64,000 nt of DNA, from positions 96,001-160,000 of IMG/VR virus record IMGVR_UViG_3300032332_001787; one strand, given 5' to 3'. The position numbers and the translations under genes were made by a program. This stretch comes from a virus. Taxonomy: Duplodnaviria > Caudoviricetes. The notes beneath the pieces were generated by a model. It did not search any database, was not told the DNA's origin, and was given only the letters and a program-made list of their open reading frames with translations. Below, in pieces: positions 17,646 through 26,760 of this stretch (positions within the stretch are counted from its first letter, which is position 1; every line of letters begins with the position of its first letter).

Positions 17646-18224
17646 ATGCTTATTGATGAACAAAATCCGAAACTAGGTGCAAATCTAGACCTTAATAGTT
17701 TTAATATTGCAGGCACAGGTTCTATTGATGCTATTGGGAGTGGAAATTTTACTCAAGGTCTATATATTAATAGTACTGGAGTGAGCTTAAACAATCACAC
17801 TCATCTGATAGCAAATATAAGTGGATTGCAAATTGCTCTGGATAATAAACAACCATCTGGCAGCTACGCTCTATCTAGCCACACTCATCTAATAGAAAAT
17901 ATTAGTGGATTGCAAATTGCGCTGGATAACAAACAACCATCTGGTTCTTATGCTCCTGCTGTGCATACTCATACCTCTTCTGATATTATAGGATTCAATA
18001 GTTCTGTTAGTGGATTGCTTCCTGTCTTAAATGTTGCTGGAAGTAGCAATATCGATGTTGTTTCCATTAATAAAACATTTACTATTACTTCTACTGGATT
18101 AATTAAAAGTGATGTAACAAACATCAATAATGCTTCAATTGTTAATAATATTGTTGTAATGAGTGAAGCAAACTACAATTCACTTGCTGTTAAAGATTCC
18201 AACACCATTTATTTTGTAACCTAA
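17646..18224 (+). CDS. tail-fibre-like protein
   Basis: NP.LG.NLDLN.F.I, HTH.I..ISGLQ.ALD.KQ repeats, C-terminal NYNSLAVKDSNTIYF module. Confidence 0.75.
   Translation: MLIDEQNPKLGANLDLNSFNIAGTGSIDAIGSGNFTQGLYINSTGVSLNNHTHLIANISGLQIALDNKQPSGSYALSSHTHLIENISGLQIALDNKQPSGSYAPAVHTHTSSDIIGFNSSVSGLLPVLNVAGSSNIDVVSINKTFTITSTGLIKSDVTNINNASIVNNIVVMSEANYNSLAVKDSNTIYFVT
17796..17963 (+). repeat. 2 x 84-bp (28-aa) tandem repeat, HTHLI.NISGLQIALDNKQPSGSYA
   Basis: Units start at 17796 and 17880, near-identical DNA. Confidence 0.9.
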
Positions 18225-18225
18225 T

Positions 18226-18696
18226 ATGAATATTAATTTAAAAAACTTACTTAATGCATATGGTAAAAATGCTCATATTTCTAATATTCCAGATAGTAAT
18301 ATCAAGTATGGATCAAATAATGGAATAGCTATATATAGTGGAACAAACTTGATTAAAAAAGTATATTATGGTACAGTAACACTATTTGATAGCCATATTC
18401 ATGCTCAAGCAGAAACTATTATTTCTTGTCGCGATAATGAAATATTAAAAATTAATAATCTTTATATTACAAATATAGATGGATTAAATAATGCTACAAT
18501 AACAGCATACATTAGTCATAACGATGAGACCCTAAGCTATATTGCTAAATATTTCCCTGTAAATGCTAGTCAAACAGTTGATCTTATTATAGGACAAACA
18601 TCATCAATATATCTTACAGAGGGTCAAAGTATTAAATTAATTACCAATGTTAATAATTGTCTTTCTGGTTTTATAAGCTACGAAGAACTATCTTAA
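18226..18696 (+). CDS. tail-associated hypothetical protein
   Basis: N-terminal G...IKKVYYG...LF module; beta-rich C-terminus ending ISYEELS. Confidence 0.65.
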   Translation: MNINLKNLLNAYGKNAHISNIPDSNIKYGSNNGIAIYSGTNLIKKVYYGTVTLFDSHIHAQAETIISCRDNEILKINNLYITNIDGLNNATITAYISHNDETLSYIAKYFPVNASQTVDLIIGQTSSIYLTEGQSIKLITNVNNCLSGFISYEELS

Positions 18697-18712
18697 TATA
18701 ACGGAGAAAAAT

Positions 18713-18934
18713 ATGCCCAGACCTTTTACAGATATCTCAAAATCAATTAGTACTAATCCTATTAAAAATGGAACACTAGTAACTTCTACAACATTTACAG
18801 GAAAATATTCTGTTAATAATAATTATGTTAAAAATACTCCAATTATAGATACTATAGCTAGCAAATATGGCTATAGATTCTATAACGGAATTTTTGTACA
18901 ATTAGTTGGTGACCAAACACTAATAGGTGGATAA
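18713..18934 (+). CDS. hypothetical protein
   Basis: GGAGA RBS; TAATG coupling to next gene. Confidence 0.7.
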   Translation: MPRPFTDISKSISTNPIKNGTLVTSTTFTGKYSVNNNYVKNTPIIDTIASKYGYRFYNGIFVQLVGDQTLIGG

Positions 18935-21174
18935 TGAGTATAAAAAGAATAAATCAATTTCCAGAAGGTAGTGGCAGTCTAACCTCAGATGACGTTTTCC
19001 TATTTATGGATGATCCATCTAATAGTGGAACCACTAAGAAAATTAGTTTGAATCAAATAGCAAATGCTATTGGGGGAAATGCTTCAATTCTAAAATCAAC
19101 ATATAGTTCAGGAAATGAAGGCGGCGAAATACAACTAGCAAAACCAGTAAACAGTTCATTGAATGGTGATGTTGTAGTTGATGTTTATCAAGATAAATTA
19201 CGTATATTTGAAGGTGGAGGAAATTCTCGTGGAGGTTATTTTGATTTGACCACAATGGGAAATAATGCATCTACAAATTTATCTAATTCAACTAACGGTA
19301 CAAGTTTTCAAATATCCTCAGTAGACCTTCATAATGGAGGAGTACAGAATGCTCAAGTTTTAAAATTTGACAATTCTAACTATCAATCAGTAATTACAGG
19401 ACCAATCCCAACATCAGGTAATACAGCACAAAGATTAATCATCCAGGGTCAACGTGCGCAAGGTGGGGGTGAGGGTGGAGATGTTTATTTATGGGGTGGT
19501 GATGCTGATATTAATGGTGGTGATATTAAAATATATGCTGGTGATGCTGATAGTAACGAATCCGGGAATGGTGGATATATTAATATTGACGCTGGCAATG
19601 GACATGATAATGGTGGACAAGTTAGTATTAGTGCTGGAAACTCTTCTGTCCAAGGTGGAAATGTTAATATTCGTGCTGGCTATCCGAGCGGGAATGTTGT
19701 AATTGATGCTAATGGAGGTAGTCAAAGTTGGAATTTTAAATCAGATGGTACAGTATCCTTACCATCAAATACTCTAGATGGTGGAACCAATAGTATAGAT
19801 ATCAAAAGCTCAAACTATGCTGGATTATGGTATCAGTCTGGTCCTAGTGGAACACCAGATAACTATATAGAAAATCCAAATAATAATAGTGAAGCTTATT
19901 TTTGGACAACATATGATGGCACACATATTGAAAACTATAGAGTTAATGACGGAACCAATCCATCATTGAGTTATGAATGGCATTTTAGTAATGATGGTAA
20001 ATTAAGACATCCAGATGGAACAACTAATAGCGGAGGAACTGTGGTTGCTCCTGGAACATATGATATACAAAGTATTGAGAATACGCTAATTCAAACCAGC
20101 GCTAGTGCTCAAGCCAAAACTTGGGACTTTGGTACAGATGGTGGTTTAACACTACCAAAAGGAAGCATACTAAGCGAAACAAATAATACAGTGTCTTTAA
20201 TGCCACCAACAGCGTCTTCTGGACAGAGCTTGGTAATTCGTCCAACCGCTGCACCTTGGAGTATTAATTCTAGTAATTATATTGAGTATGGTAATTCTAT
20301 CACTATTTCAGTTACTATAAATGGTTGGGTTTATTTTGGAACAGTAAACTATACAATCTCTGGTGCTGGAGTTACTTCACAATCATTAGGTCGAGAATTA
20401 ACTGGCAAAATAACTTTCTCAGGCATTAGTGGTCAACCAGATACAAAAAATATTACTTGGACTATACCAGCTAATAGTAATATCTCCGAATTTACTTTTA
20501 CATTAACTAGTGTTGACGGAACAAGACCGGGTCCAGATGTTGCAGACGCAAACCTTTATCCAGAACTATATTACAATTTTGAAGAATCCAACGGAATGCC
20601 TATTGGTCAATTTATTACAGTAACCAATAATGGAATATCTAGTTCAGAGCATAGTCATGTACATCTTGTATCAGGAGATCCTTCAACAGTTGATATTTAT
20701 TTAGGTGATGATGATCAATACGTTAAGATTGAAAAAAATGGTGGAGATGTGATTGTTGGCACCAATTCAAATACTCACCTTTGGACTTTTGATACAGACG
20801 GCAAATTAATATTACCAGGAGGATATGCTCAAGTTGTTGTAGAGGGTGATGCTGGGGTTCGTATTGGAACAGCGGAAACTAACGTTGCTCCCAATAGCCA
20901 AATTAAAATCGGCGGTGCTGAACATGCGTTTGAAATCTTTGGAGGGCCTCCTGGATATAGCTGGAAGTTTGAAGGAAATGGTGAACTAACATTACCAGCT
21001 AGTGGTAGTATCACATTCCCAGATAATACCACCCAAACTTCTGCTGGCATACCAAGTAATACCGGACTAGTTCCAAATTCAGTTAGTATTACTAATATGG
21101 TTAGTATCTCACAAAGTAATTATGATGCGATAGCAACAAAAGACCCTAACACATTGTACATAATTAATAACTGA
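18934..21174 (+). CDS. long tail fibre / receptor-binding protein
   Basis: IKRINQFP start, Gly-rich GG.V.I.AG repeats, repeated W.F..DG.L.LP knots, C-terminal NYDAIATKDPNTLYII module. Confidence 0.8.
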   Translation: MSIKRINQFPEGSGSLTSDDVFLFMDDPSNSGTTKKISLNQIANAIGGNASILKSTYSSGNEGGEIQLAKPVNSSLNGDVVVDVYQDKLRIFEGGGNSRGGYFDLTTMGNNASTNLSNSTNGTSFQISSVDLHNGGVQNAQVLKFDNSNYQSVITGPIPTSGNTAQRLIIQGQRAQGGGEGGDVYLWGGDADINGGDIKIYAGDADSNESGNGGYINIDAGNGHDNGGQVSISAGNSSVQGGNVNIRAGYPSGNVVIDANGGSQSWNFKSDGTVSLPSNTLDGGTNSIDIKSSNYAGLWYQSGPSGTPDNYIENPNNNSEAYFWTTYDGTHIENYRVNDGTNPSLSYEWHFSNDGKLRHPDGTTNSGGTVVAPGTYDIQSIENTLIQTSASAQAKTWDFGTDGGLTLPKGSILSETNNTVSLMPPTASSGQSLVIRPTAAPWSINSSNYIEYGNSITISVTINGWVYFGTVNYTISGAGVTSQSLGRELTGKITFSGISGQPDTKNITWTIPANSNISEFTFTLTSVDGTRPGPDVADANLYPELYYNFEESNGMPIGQFITVTNNGISSSEHSHVHLVSGDPSTVDIYLGDDDQYVKIEKNGGDVIVGTNSNTHLWTFDTDGKLILPGGYAQVVVEGDAGVRIGTAETNVAPNSQIKIGGAEHAFEIFGGPPGYSWKFEGNGELTLPASGSITFPDNTTQTSAGIPSNTGLVPNSVSITNMVSISQSNYDAIATKDPNTLYIINN

Positions 21175-21182
21175 GAATTCGC

Positions 21183-23114
21183 ATGACAACAATAAATAGC
21201 GAAATATTTTTAAGCAACTCCAACATAACCTCTGTTAAATTAGGAAATACTGGTGTTTCTAAAATATTTTTAGGAAATAATATAGTATTTGAAGCTACTG
21301 ACAACTGCCCTGACTCAACGTCTAGCGTTAAAATGACAGGATGGTTTGTTGGTGATCGAATTCTATCTCCGATTGGATATGCTCCTTATGGACGTGAAAC
21401 TTATATCTATGGGGATGAAGCTGTTCGATATGAAACTGGAGTATGGATTTATACTAATACTGGAGGAGAGATTGTTAGGGCATATAGTTATGCTGACCGG
21501 CCTTGGCTAGTAGAGTGGCCGTCCCCATATGCTGCTGAGAAAGTTCGTCAAGATGGTACGTCATGTGAGTCTGCAAGTACAACAACCACTACAACAACCA
21601 CAACAACCACCACAGAAGCACCAACTTTTGGAAGTTCAGGATTTCAGTGGATGACAATGAATTCTATTACAGAGTCTACAGCATCAGGGATTGGTCAAAA
21701 TAATATAACAATAAATGTTACCCAAAATGGTGGCGGTATGTTTCTACATAACGGAGCGGTCGGAGCCACTAATTTTCCAATAGAATATGGAGTACCAACT
21801 GACGGTAATCAAATTGCAAACACTCAACCCGGAGTATTTACTGCAATATTTAGTTCACCCGTTACAGATGCTCTTGTTGCATTTGCCAGTGTCGGACAAG
21901 CAGGATTACAAGTTCCTGTTATGGTACTTGATGAGAATTCTAATCCAAAACCTTTTACTCCAATTTGGTCGTCCAATGCTATTATTCCGGGTACACAAAC
22001 AACGTATTTGAATCAAGTAAGTCCAACTCAATACACACAATTTGTTGGAGAAGAAGGATACAATATTATCCGAATTGACGGAACAATGAGTAGTGTGACA
22101 TTCAATTATGGCTCCGCTGAATATTACTGCACAGTTTGTTTTGGATTTGTGGATCAAAATGTTACAACCACTACAACCACAGAAGCACCAACAACCACAA
22201 CCACAACTACAACACCAGCTACAGTATCGCCAGGAGCTAATTCTGCTAATTTTAATGTTTGTGCTGATTGGGATGGCGCGGATGGCAATGTTACTACTGT
22301 GGGAAGTAATGGTGGACCTAGTGCATACGGTACTTATGATCAAAGTGGACAGGTTTTTGAGTGGAACGATTTAGATAACACTCCCGACTCGTCTCGCGGG
22401 TTGCGGGGCGGCAATTGGTACTTCAACAGTCAGTTCCTCTTGTCGTCCTCCTTCAACAAATTGGAAGACCCGTCGTTCAAGAACTTCTACATCGGTTTTC
22501 GTCTCGCTAGTTCCTTCTCTATACTTAATCCTTTAAATCTTCCTAACTTGGTAGCTGTTAGTGATGTTAACAACGCTTCTGATACTGCGGGAAGCATTGG
22601 AAAAGGAGGTGTAAGTTACAATTATGCTATAGGAAAATATCTTGTAACTAATAGCGAATATGTAGAATTTTTAAATGCTGTTGCTGCAACCGACACATAT
22701 TCTCTTTACTACTCAAGGATGGCAGGTGATATAGGTGGTATCACAAGATCAGAAACTAGTGGAAGTTATACTTACAGCGTAAAAACTAATTACGGAAACA
22801 AGCCGCTCAACTGGGTAAGCTGGTTTGATTGCGCCCGATACTGTAATTGGTTACACAACGAAAAACCAACCGGGTCTCAAAACAGCAGTACTACCGAAGA
22901 TGGAGCTTACACATTAAATGGTGCCGTTTCTGGAAATGCCGCTGTCAGAAACTCCGGAGCAAAATACCACATCCCCACAGAAAACGAATGGTATAAAGCG
23001 GCTTATTACAAGGGTGGCGGGACCAATTCTGGGTATTGGAGTTATGCCACCCAAAGCGATACTAATCCAACTTGCGTTAGTGCTGATGCTTCCGGTAATG
23101 GAATAATACCATAG
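21183..23114 (+). CDS. multi-domain tail/receptor-binding protein with Thr-rich linkers and a circularly permuted FGE-sulfatase (C-type lectin fold) domain
   Basis: GTYDQSGQVFEW, RGLRGGNW, IGFRLAS occur before IGKYLVTN.EY.EFLN, VSWFDCARYCNWL, IPTENEWYKAAY. Confidence 0.85.
   Translation: MTTINSEIFLSNSNITSVKLGNTGVSKIFLGNNIVFEATDNCPDSTSSVKMTGWFVGDRILSPIGYAPYGRETYIYGDEAVRYETGVWIYTNTGGEIVRAYSYADRPWLVEWPSPYAAEKVRQDGTSCESASTTTTTTTTTTTTEAPTFGSSGFQWMTMNSITESTASGIGQNNITINVTQNGGGMFLHNGAVGATNFPIEYGVPTDGNQIANTQPGVFTAIFSSPVTDALVAFASVGQAGLQVPVMVLDENSNPKPFTPIWSSNAIIPGTQTTYLNQVSPTQYTQFVGEEGYNIIRIDGTMSSVTFNYGSAEYYCTVCFGFVDQNVTTTTTTEAPTTTTTTTTPATVSPGANSANFNVCADWDGADGNVTTVGSNGGPSAYGTYDQSGQVFEWNDLDNTPDSSRGLRGGNWYFNSQFLLSSSFNKLEDPSFKNFYIGFRLASSFSILNPLNLPNLVAVSDVNNASDTAGSIGKGGVSYNYAIGKYLVTNSEYVEFLNAVAATDTYSLYYSRMAGDIGGITRSETSGSYTYSVKTNYGNKPLNWVSWFDCARYCNWLHNEKPTGSQNSSTTEDGAYTLNGAVSGNAAVRNSGAKYHIPTENEWYKAAYYKGGGTNSGYWSYATQSDTNPTCVSADASGNGIIP
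21578..21620 (+). repeat. Thr-rich linker (ACA/ACC/ACT repeats)
   Basis: STTTTTTTTTTTEAP; similar run at about 22164-22220 (TTTTTEAPTTTTTTTTPA). Confidence 0.85.
22386..22514 (+). other. putative DGR variable region (VR)-like segment
   Basis: 63/120 GC over 22381-22500; encodes the CLec loop RGGNW...GFRLAS; many NNC codons (tac ttc aac ... ttc ctc ... aac ttc tac atc); no TR or RT seen in window. Confidence 0.55.
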
Positions 23115-23120
23115 CCTATT

Positions 23121-23128
23121 GGTGTATT
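23121..23128 (+). promoter_or_regulatory. putative phage promoter motif GGTGTATT
   Basis: 49 nt upstream of ATG 23170. Confidence 0.55.
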
Positions 23129-23169
23129 ACTATCTTAGATATATAATCTATTTTTAATTGGAGTTTAAA

Positions 23170-23496
23170 ATGGTCAAACCTGGCTATAAAACTAGTGAAT
23201 TTTGGTTCACTATGGTTAGTTTTATTTTTAGTGGTTTGTATCTAATGGGAATTATTGGAGAAAATTCTCAAAAAGAAGACTTGATTCAAGAAACTAGTAA
23301 AGGACTAGAAGCTACAATATTAATTATTGGACAATTAACAATACTATTTAAATATATCAAAGGAAGAACAGATCTGAAAAAGACTTGGTGGAGCACAGCA
23401 ACTCCAGAAGAAAGAAAAGAAGCAAATAGAAAGAATAGCCAGCCTTTAAGAAAAAAGAGAAAAACAAATGGAAAACCAAAACCAATCAGTAAATGA
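23170..23496 (+). CDS. holin-like membrane protein
   Basis: GGAG RBS before ATG 23170; KPGYKTSEFW motif, two hydrophobic helices, basic C-terminus. Confidence 0.6.
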   Translation: MVKPGYKTSEFWFTMVSFIFSGLYLMGIIGENSQKEDLIQETSKGLEATILIIGQLTILFKYIKGRTDLKKTWWSTATPEERKEANRKNSQPLRKKRKTNGKPKPISK

Positions 23497-23893
23497 TCTT
23501 GGATATTTAGTAGTCAAAGCTAAAGAAATACTTAAAAGCGCAAAAGCAGTAGCAATGCCACAGGCTTGGAATGTTTTACAACTAGCCACAGCAGAAGTTA
23601 TTCAAAACATAGAAAATAATAATCCCTCTCTTAAAGGGGTTGATAAAAAAACACTTGCTATGACTATGATCTCTAAGTTTTATGATCAAGTATTTACAAT
23701 AATAAATTTTCCATTTGTGCCACAGATTCTACAGCCTATTATACAGAAGTATGTGAAACAAATTCTCATGCTATTAGTCAGTGCAACTATTGATGCTTTG
23801 GTTACCACTTTCAGAAATAGTGGAATTTTTGTTGATCCCAATACTAAGGTCGATCCTGTCGTTGATAATACGCCTCCCGTTTCAGACAAATAA
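23468..23893 (+). CDS. hypothetical helical protein
   Basis: Operon ORF. Confidence 0.7.
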   Translation: MENQNQSVNDLGYLVVKAKEILKSAKAVAMPQAWNVLQLATAEVIQNIENNNPSLKGVDKKTLAMTMISKFYDQVFTIINFPFVPQILQPIIQKYVKQILMLLVSATIDALVTTFRNSGIFVDPNTKVDPVVDNTPPVSDK

Positions 23894-23904
23894 GGAATAA
23901 TAAA

Positions 23905-24294
23905 ATGAATTTTACAGAGAGCTTTCAAGAATTTAGTAGTAAACTGAGCACAACGGATTTGGCTCTTTATGCCGGTGTTGGTCTTGTATTATGGGTTTTG
24001 TTTAAGGACAAGCTTAGTCCAGTACAAAAGTTTCTTACTGGTTTAGTTGATAAGTTCAAGGGTACTACTAGTAGTTCTACTTTACCATTAGTAACAGTAC
24101 CATCAGTATCTCCAGTAGTTGTTCCGAAAAGCACTAATGCTGAAGATACCTTTTTTAAACTAGTAGTTTCATGGAAACAAACTCGTGATCTAGCTGTTCA
24201 GAGCGGTTGTTCTGAAGCAGTCAAGGTTGCTGATCAAATGTTTCCATTTTTAAGCCCCAACGTATGCAAAAAAAATGAGGATAAGGTATCATGA
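23905..24294 (+). CDS. hypothetical membrane protein
   Basis: AAGGA RBS; TM LALYAGVGLVLWVLF. Confidence 0.7.
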   Translation: MNFTESFQEFSSKLSTTDLALYAGVGLVLWVLFKDKLSPVQKFLTGLVDKFKGTTSSSTLPLVTVPSVSPVVVPKSTNAEDTFFKLVVSWKQTRDLAVQSGCSEAVKVADQMFPFLSPNVCKKNEDKVS

Positions 24295-24782
24295 ACCAAA
24301 AAAATATATTACTAGGATTAGCCGCTTTATTAATTGTTGTTGGTTTACTTAAGCCAGAGTTTTCAAATATTCTTGGCCCAAACAAACCAGCAAAAGTAGA
24401 TGTTTTAGAATTATCAGAACCAATAGATCCAGCTGTTAAAAAAGAAGCAGATGATGTTGTTACAGTTCTAAAAGAAGCTGGTGCTAAAGTAGATGCTAGA
24501 AGATTAAGAGATTTGTATATGGATTTGGCAAAGCTCGTTGAGCTTGACGGAGAAAATGAAGTAGTTAAAAGTACAGAAGAAATTCGTCAAGCTAATAGTT
24601 TGGCTGGTGTGATGCTTAGACTAGATATTAAGGGTAAGTATCCTGACCTAGCTAAAGAAACAAAAGAAGTAGTAGTTGCTTCTATTGGTGATGATCAAAT
24701 TCTTTTATCAAAAGAGCTCAGAGTTAAAGCCGTAGAAGGTCTTAATGCTTTAGCTTGGGCTTGTAATACGGGGTCAAAATAA
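24291..24782 (+). CDS. membrane-anchored hypothetical protein
   Basis: N-terminal TM ILLGLAALLIVVGLL. Confidence 0.7.
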   Translation: MNQKNILLGLAALLIVVGLLKPEFSNILGPNKPAKVDVLELSEPIDPAVKKEADDVVTVLKEAGAKVDARRLRDLYMDLAKLVELDGENEVVKSTEEIRQANSLAGVMLRLDIKGKYPDLAKETKEVVVASIGDDQILLSKELRVKAVEGLNALAWACNTGSK

Positions 24783-25708
24783 TGCCAAGACTTTCTCCTA
24801 AAGAACTATATGATAATTATCGCAAGGGATTTAGTGGATGTATCTGGGAACAGCACGTCTACGATCATTTTATGGAGAATGCTAAATATCCATTATTTGG
24901 CGATGCTAGTAAAAAAATTAGTGGAACTGGTAAAGGTAAACTTTCAACACCATACAAAAGCGTGTTACGATTTGAGAAGAATCCTTATAATGAAAGACAA
25001 ACTGTCGGGGATTGTGTGAGTCATGGAACACGAAATGCTTGTGATATTACCCGAGCAGTAGAAATTGATATTGGTAATGAGAGAGAGGACTGGGTAACAA
25101 AAGGAGCAACAGAAGCTATTTATGGAGCTAGAGGTTTTTCTGGAGAAGGAATGAGTTGTGCTAGGGCTGCTGAGTTTGTTAGCAAGATTGGCGGAATTGT
25201 TCTTAGAAAAAATTATCCCGGCATTGCTGACTTTAGCAAATATAATGGAAATCTAGGTGCTGGTTGGGGAGGTAGAGGACTTCCAGATAAAGTATTAGAT
25301 TTAGCCAATGATCATCAAATTAAAACTGCTTCATTAATAAGAACAGTAGAAGAAGCTCGTGATGCTCTTGCTAATGGTTATGGAATAGCAGTATGTTCTA
25401 ACTATGGTTTTAGTAACACCAGAGATAAAAAAGGATTTGCCAGAACATCTGGCAGTTGGGGCCATTGTATGGCTTGGACAGCTTGCGATGATACTAATGG
25501 AGAGCCAGCATTTCTAGTACAAAATAGCTGGGGTAAATGGAACGATGGAGGACATCCAGAATGGGGGCCAATTCCAGACGGATCATTTTTAATTCATGCT
25601 GATGATGCTGCTGGAATGCTTTCAATGAATGGCTCTTATACATTCAGTGGTTTTGACGGTTTTCCTCTACAAAAACTACCAAGCTACGGATTTGAAGACT
25701 ATCTATAA
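24782..25708 (+). CDS. papain-like cysteine peptidase (C1-like)
   Basis: Q..GDCVSHG (Gln/Cys), WGHCM (His), VQNSWG.W (Asn). Confidence 0.88.
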   Translation: MPRLSPKELYDNYRKGFSGCIWEQHVYDHFMENAKYPLFGDASKKISGTGKGKLSTPYKSVLRFEKNPYNERQTVGDCVSHGTRNACDITRAVEIDIGNEREDWVTKGATEAIYGARGFSGEGMSCARAAEFVSKIGGIVLRKNYPGIADFSKYNGNLGAGWGGRGLPDKVLDLANDHQIKTASLIRTVEEARDALANGYGIAVCSNYGFSNTRDKKGFARTSGSWGHCMAWTACDDTNGEPAFLVQNSWGKWNDGGHPEWGPIPDGSFLIHADDAAGMLSMNGSYTFSGFDGFPLQKLPSYGFEDYL

Positions 25709-25746
25709 AATTCGTAATAGGGTATTTTAAATAACGCCTAATATTA

Positions 25747-25754
25747 GGTGTATA
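25747..25754 (+). promoter_or_regulatory. putative phage promoter motif GGTGTATA
   Basis: 45 nt upstream of ATG 25792; overlaps palindrome CCTAATATTAGG (25737-25748). Confidence 0.55.
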
Positions 25755-25791
25755 TATTTATATATCTCAATTCCTTCTATGGAATAATTTT

Positions 25792-26010
25792 ATGAATTTA
25801 AGAGAAAGACTAGAACTCAGAGCTGTTATCAATATGATTATTGGTCTCATTGAGACAATTACTAAATTGTTTTCTAAGGCTCAAGAAAAATTTGGACCTA
25901 AACCAAAAGTAGACACTCCAGTTAAACCCAATAGGCCACGACCACTAAAAAGGGTTATTGACACTATTGATAATGTTATACCTCTTCCATGGAGAGATAA
26001 AGATGAATAA
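25792..26010 (+). CDS. hypothetical protein
   Basis: GGA RBS; operon ORF. Confidence 0.65.
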   Translation: MNLRERLELRAVINMIIGLIETITKLFSKAQEKFGPKPKVDTPVKPNRPRPLKRVIDTIDNVIPLPWRDKDE

Positions 26011-26356
26011 ATTATTTGTTGGTTTATTTTGTGTTAGTCTGTTGTTTACTCAGTCTCACTACTATGGCTCAACAACGGCTCCTGTAACTCTTGCTGGCGG
26101 TATTATTAAAGCAAAGCATGTACAGGAAGCTACCCAAAAGTATAAAAGAAAAGACTGCCCCATTTGCAAGGGAAAAGGTTGGTATATGAGCGGTGACGGA
26201 ATTCTTAAAATTGATTGTAATTATTGTGAAGCAGACAAAGGGTCTGTGTCGGTAGGACCAATAAAATCGATCACACCAACAGTCCCCAAAGTCTATTCTG
26301 CTCCAATAGATTGTCCAAATAATCAATGCCCTATTAATAAAACACCAAGGAGATAA
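26003..26356 (+). CDS. secreted Cys-rich protein (CxxC...CxxC, CPNNQCP)
   Basis: GGAG RBS before ATG 26003; signal-like MNKLFVGLFCVSLLF; CPICKGKG...CNYC. Confidence 0.7.
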   Translation: MNKLFVGLFCVSLLFTQSHYYGSTTAPVTLAGGIIKAKHVQEATQKYKRKDCPICKGKGWYMSGDGILKIDCNYCEADKGSVSVGPIKSITPTVPKVYSAPIDCPNNQCPINKTPRR

Positions 26357-26361
26357 ATACT

Positions 26362-26760
26362 ATGGCTGATAATGAAAAACTCAAAGCTATAGCTATTAAA
26401 GTTTTAGAAAAGTCTAGAGTACCCAAAGAAGATAATTATGGATTTGCTATTGTTACTATTTTAATGATTATTAGCATAATTTTAACTTGTGTGAGAATAC
26501 TCCAAGAGTGTAATAAGAATAAACTATCAGTACAATCTACGTCTGAAGATAAATATGCTATGTATGGCGAACAACTTAAAACATTTAGTGAAAAACGTGG
26601 TTGGTTTACAAAAATGAGAATTAAAAAAATTCTAAGAAGAGAAATGACAAAAGAAGATTATGAAAAATATTCTTTATCAATATTGAATGCTTTGTTAGAA
26701 AAAGGAGAAACTCTCACGGATGATGAAATTAGTACTTTAGTGGAGGCAGCAAATGTTTAA
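26362..26760 (+). CDS. hypothetical membrane protein
   Basis: AGGAG RBS; TM FAIVTILMIISIILTCV. Confidence 0.7.
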   Translation: MADNEKLKAIAIKVLEKSRVPKEDNYGFAIVTILMIISIILTCVRILQECNKNKLSVQSTSEDKYAMYGEQLKTFSEKRGWFTKMRIKKILRREMTKEDYEKYSLSILNALLEKGETLTDDEISTLVEAANV

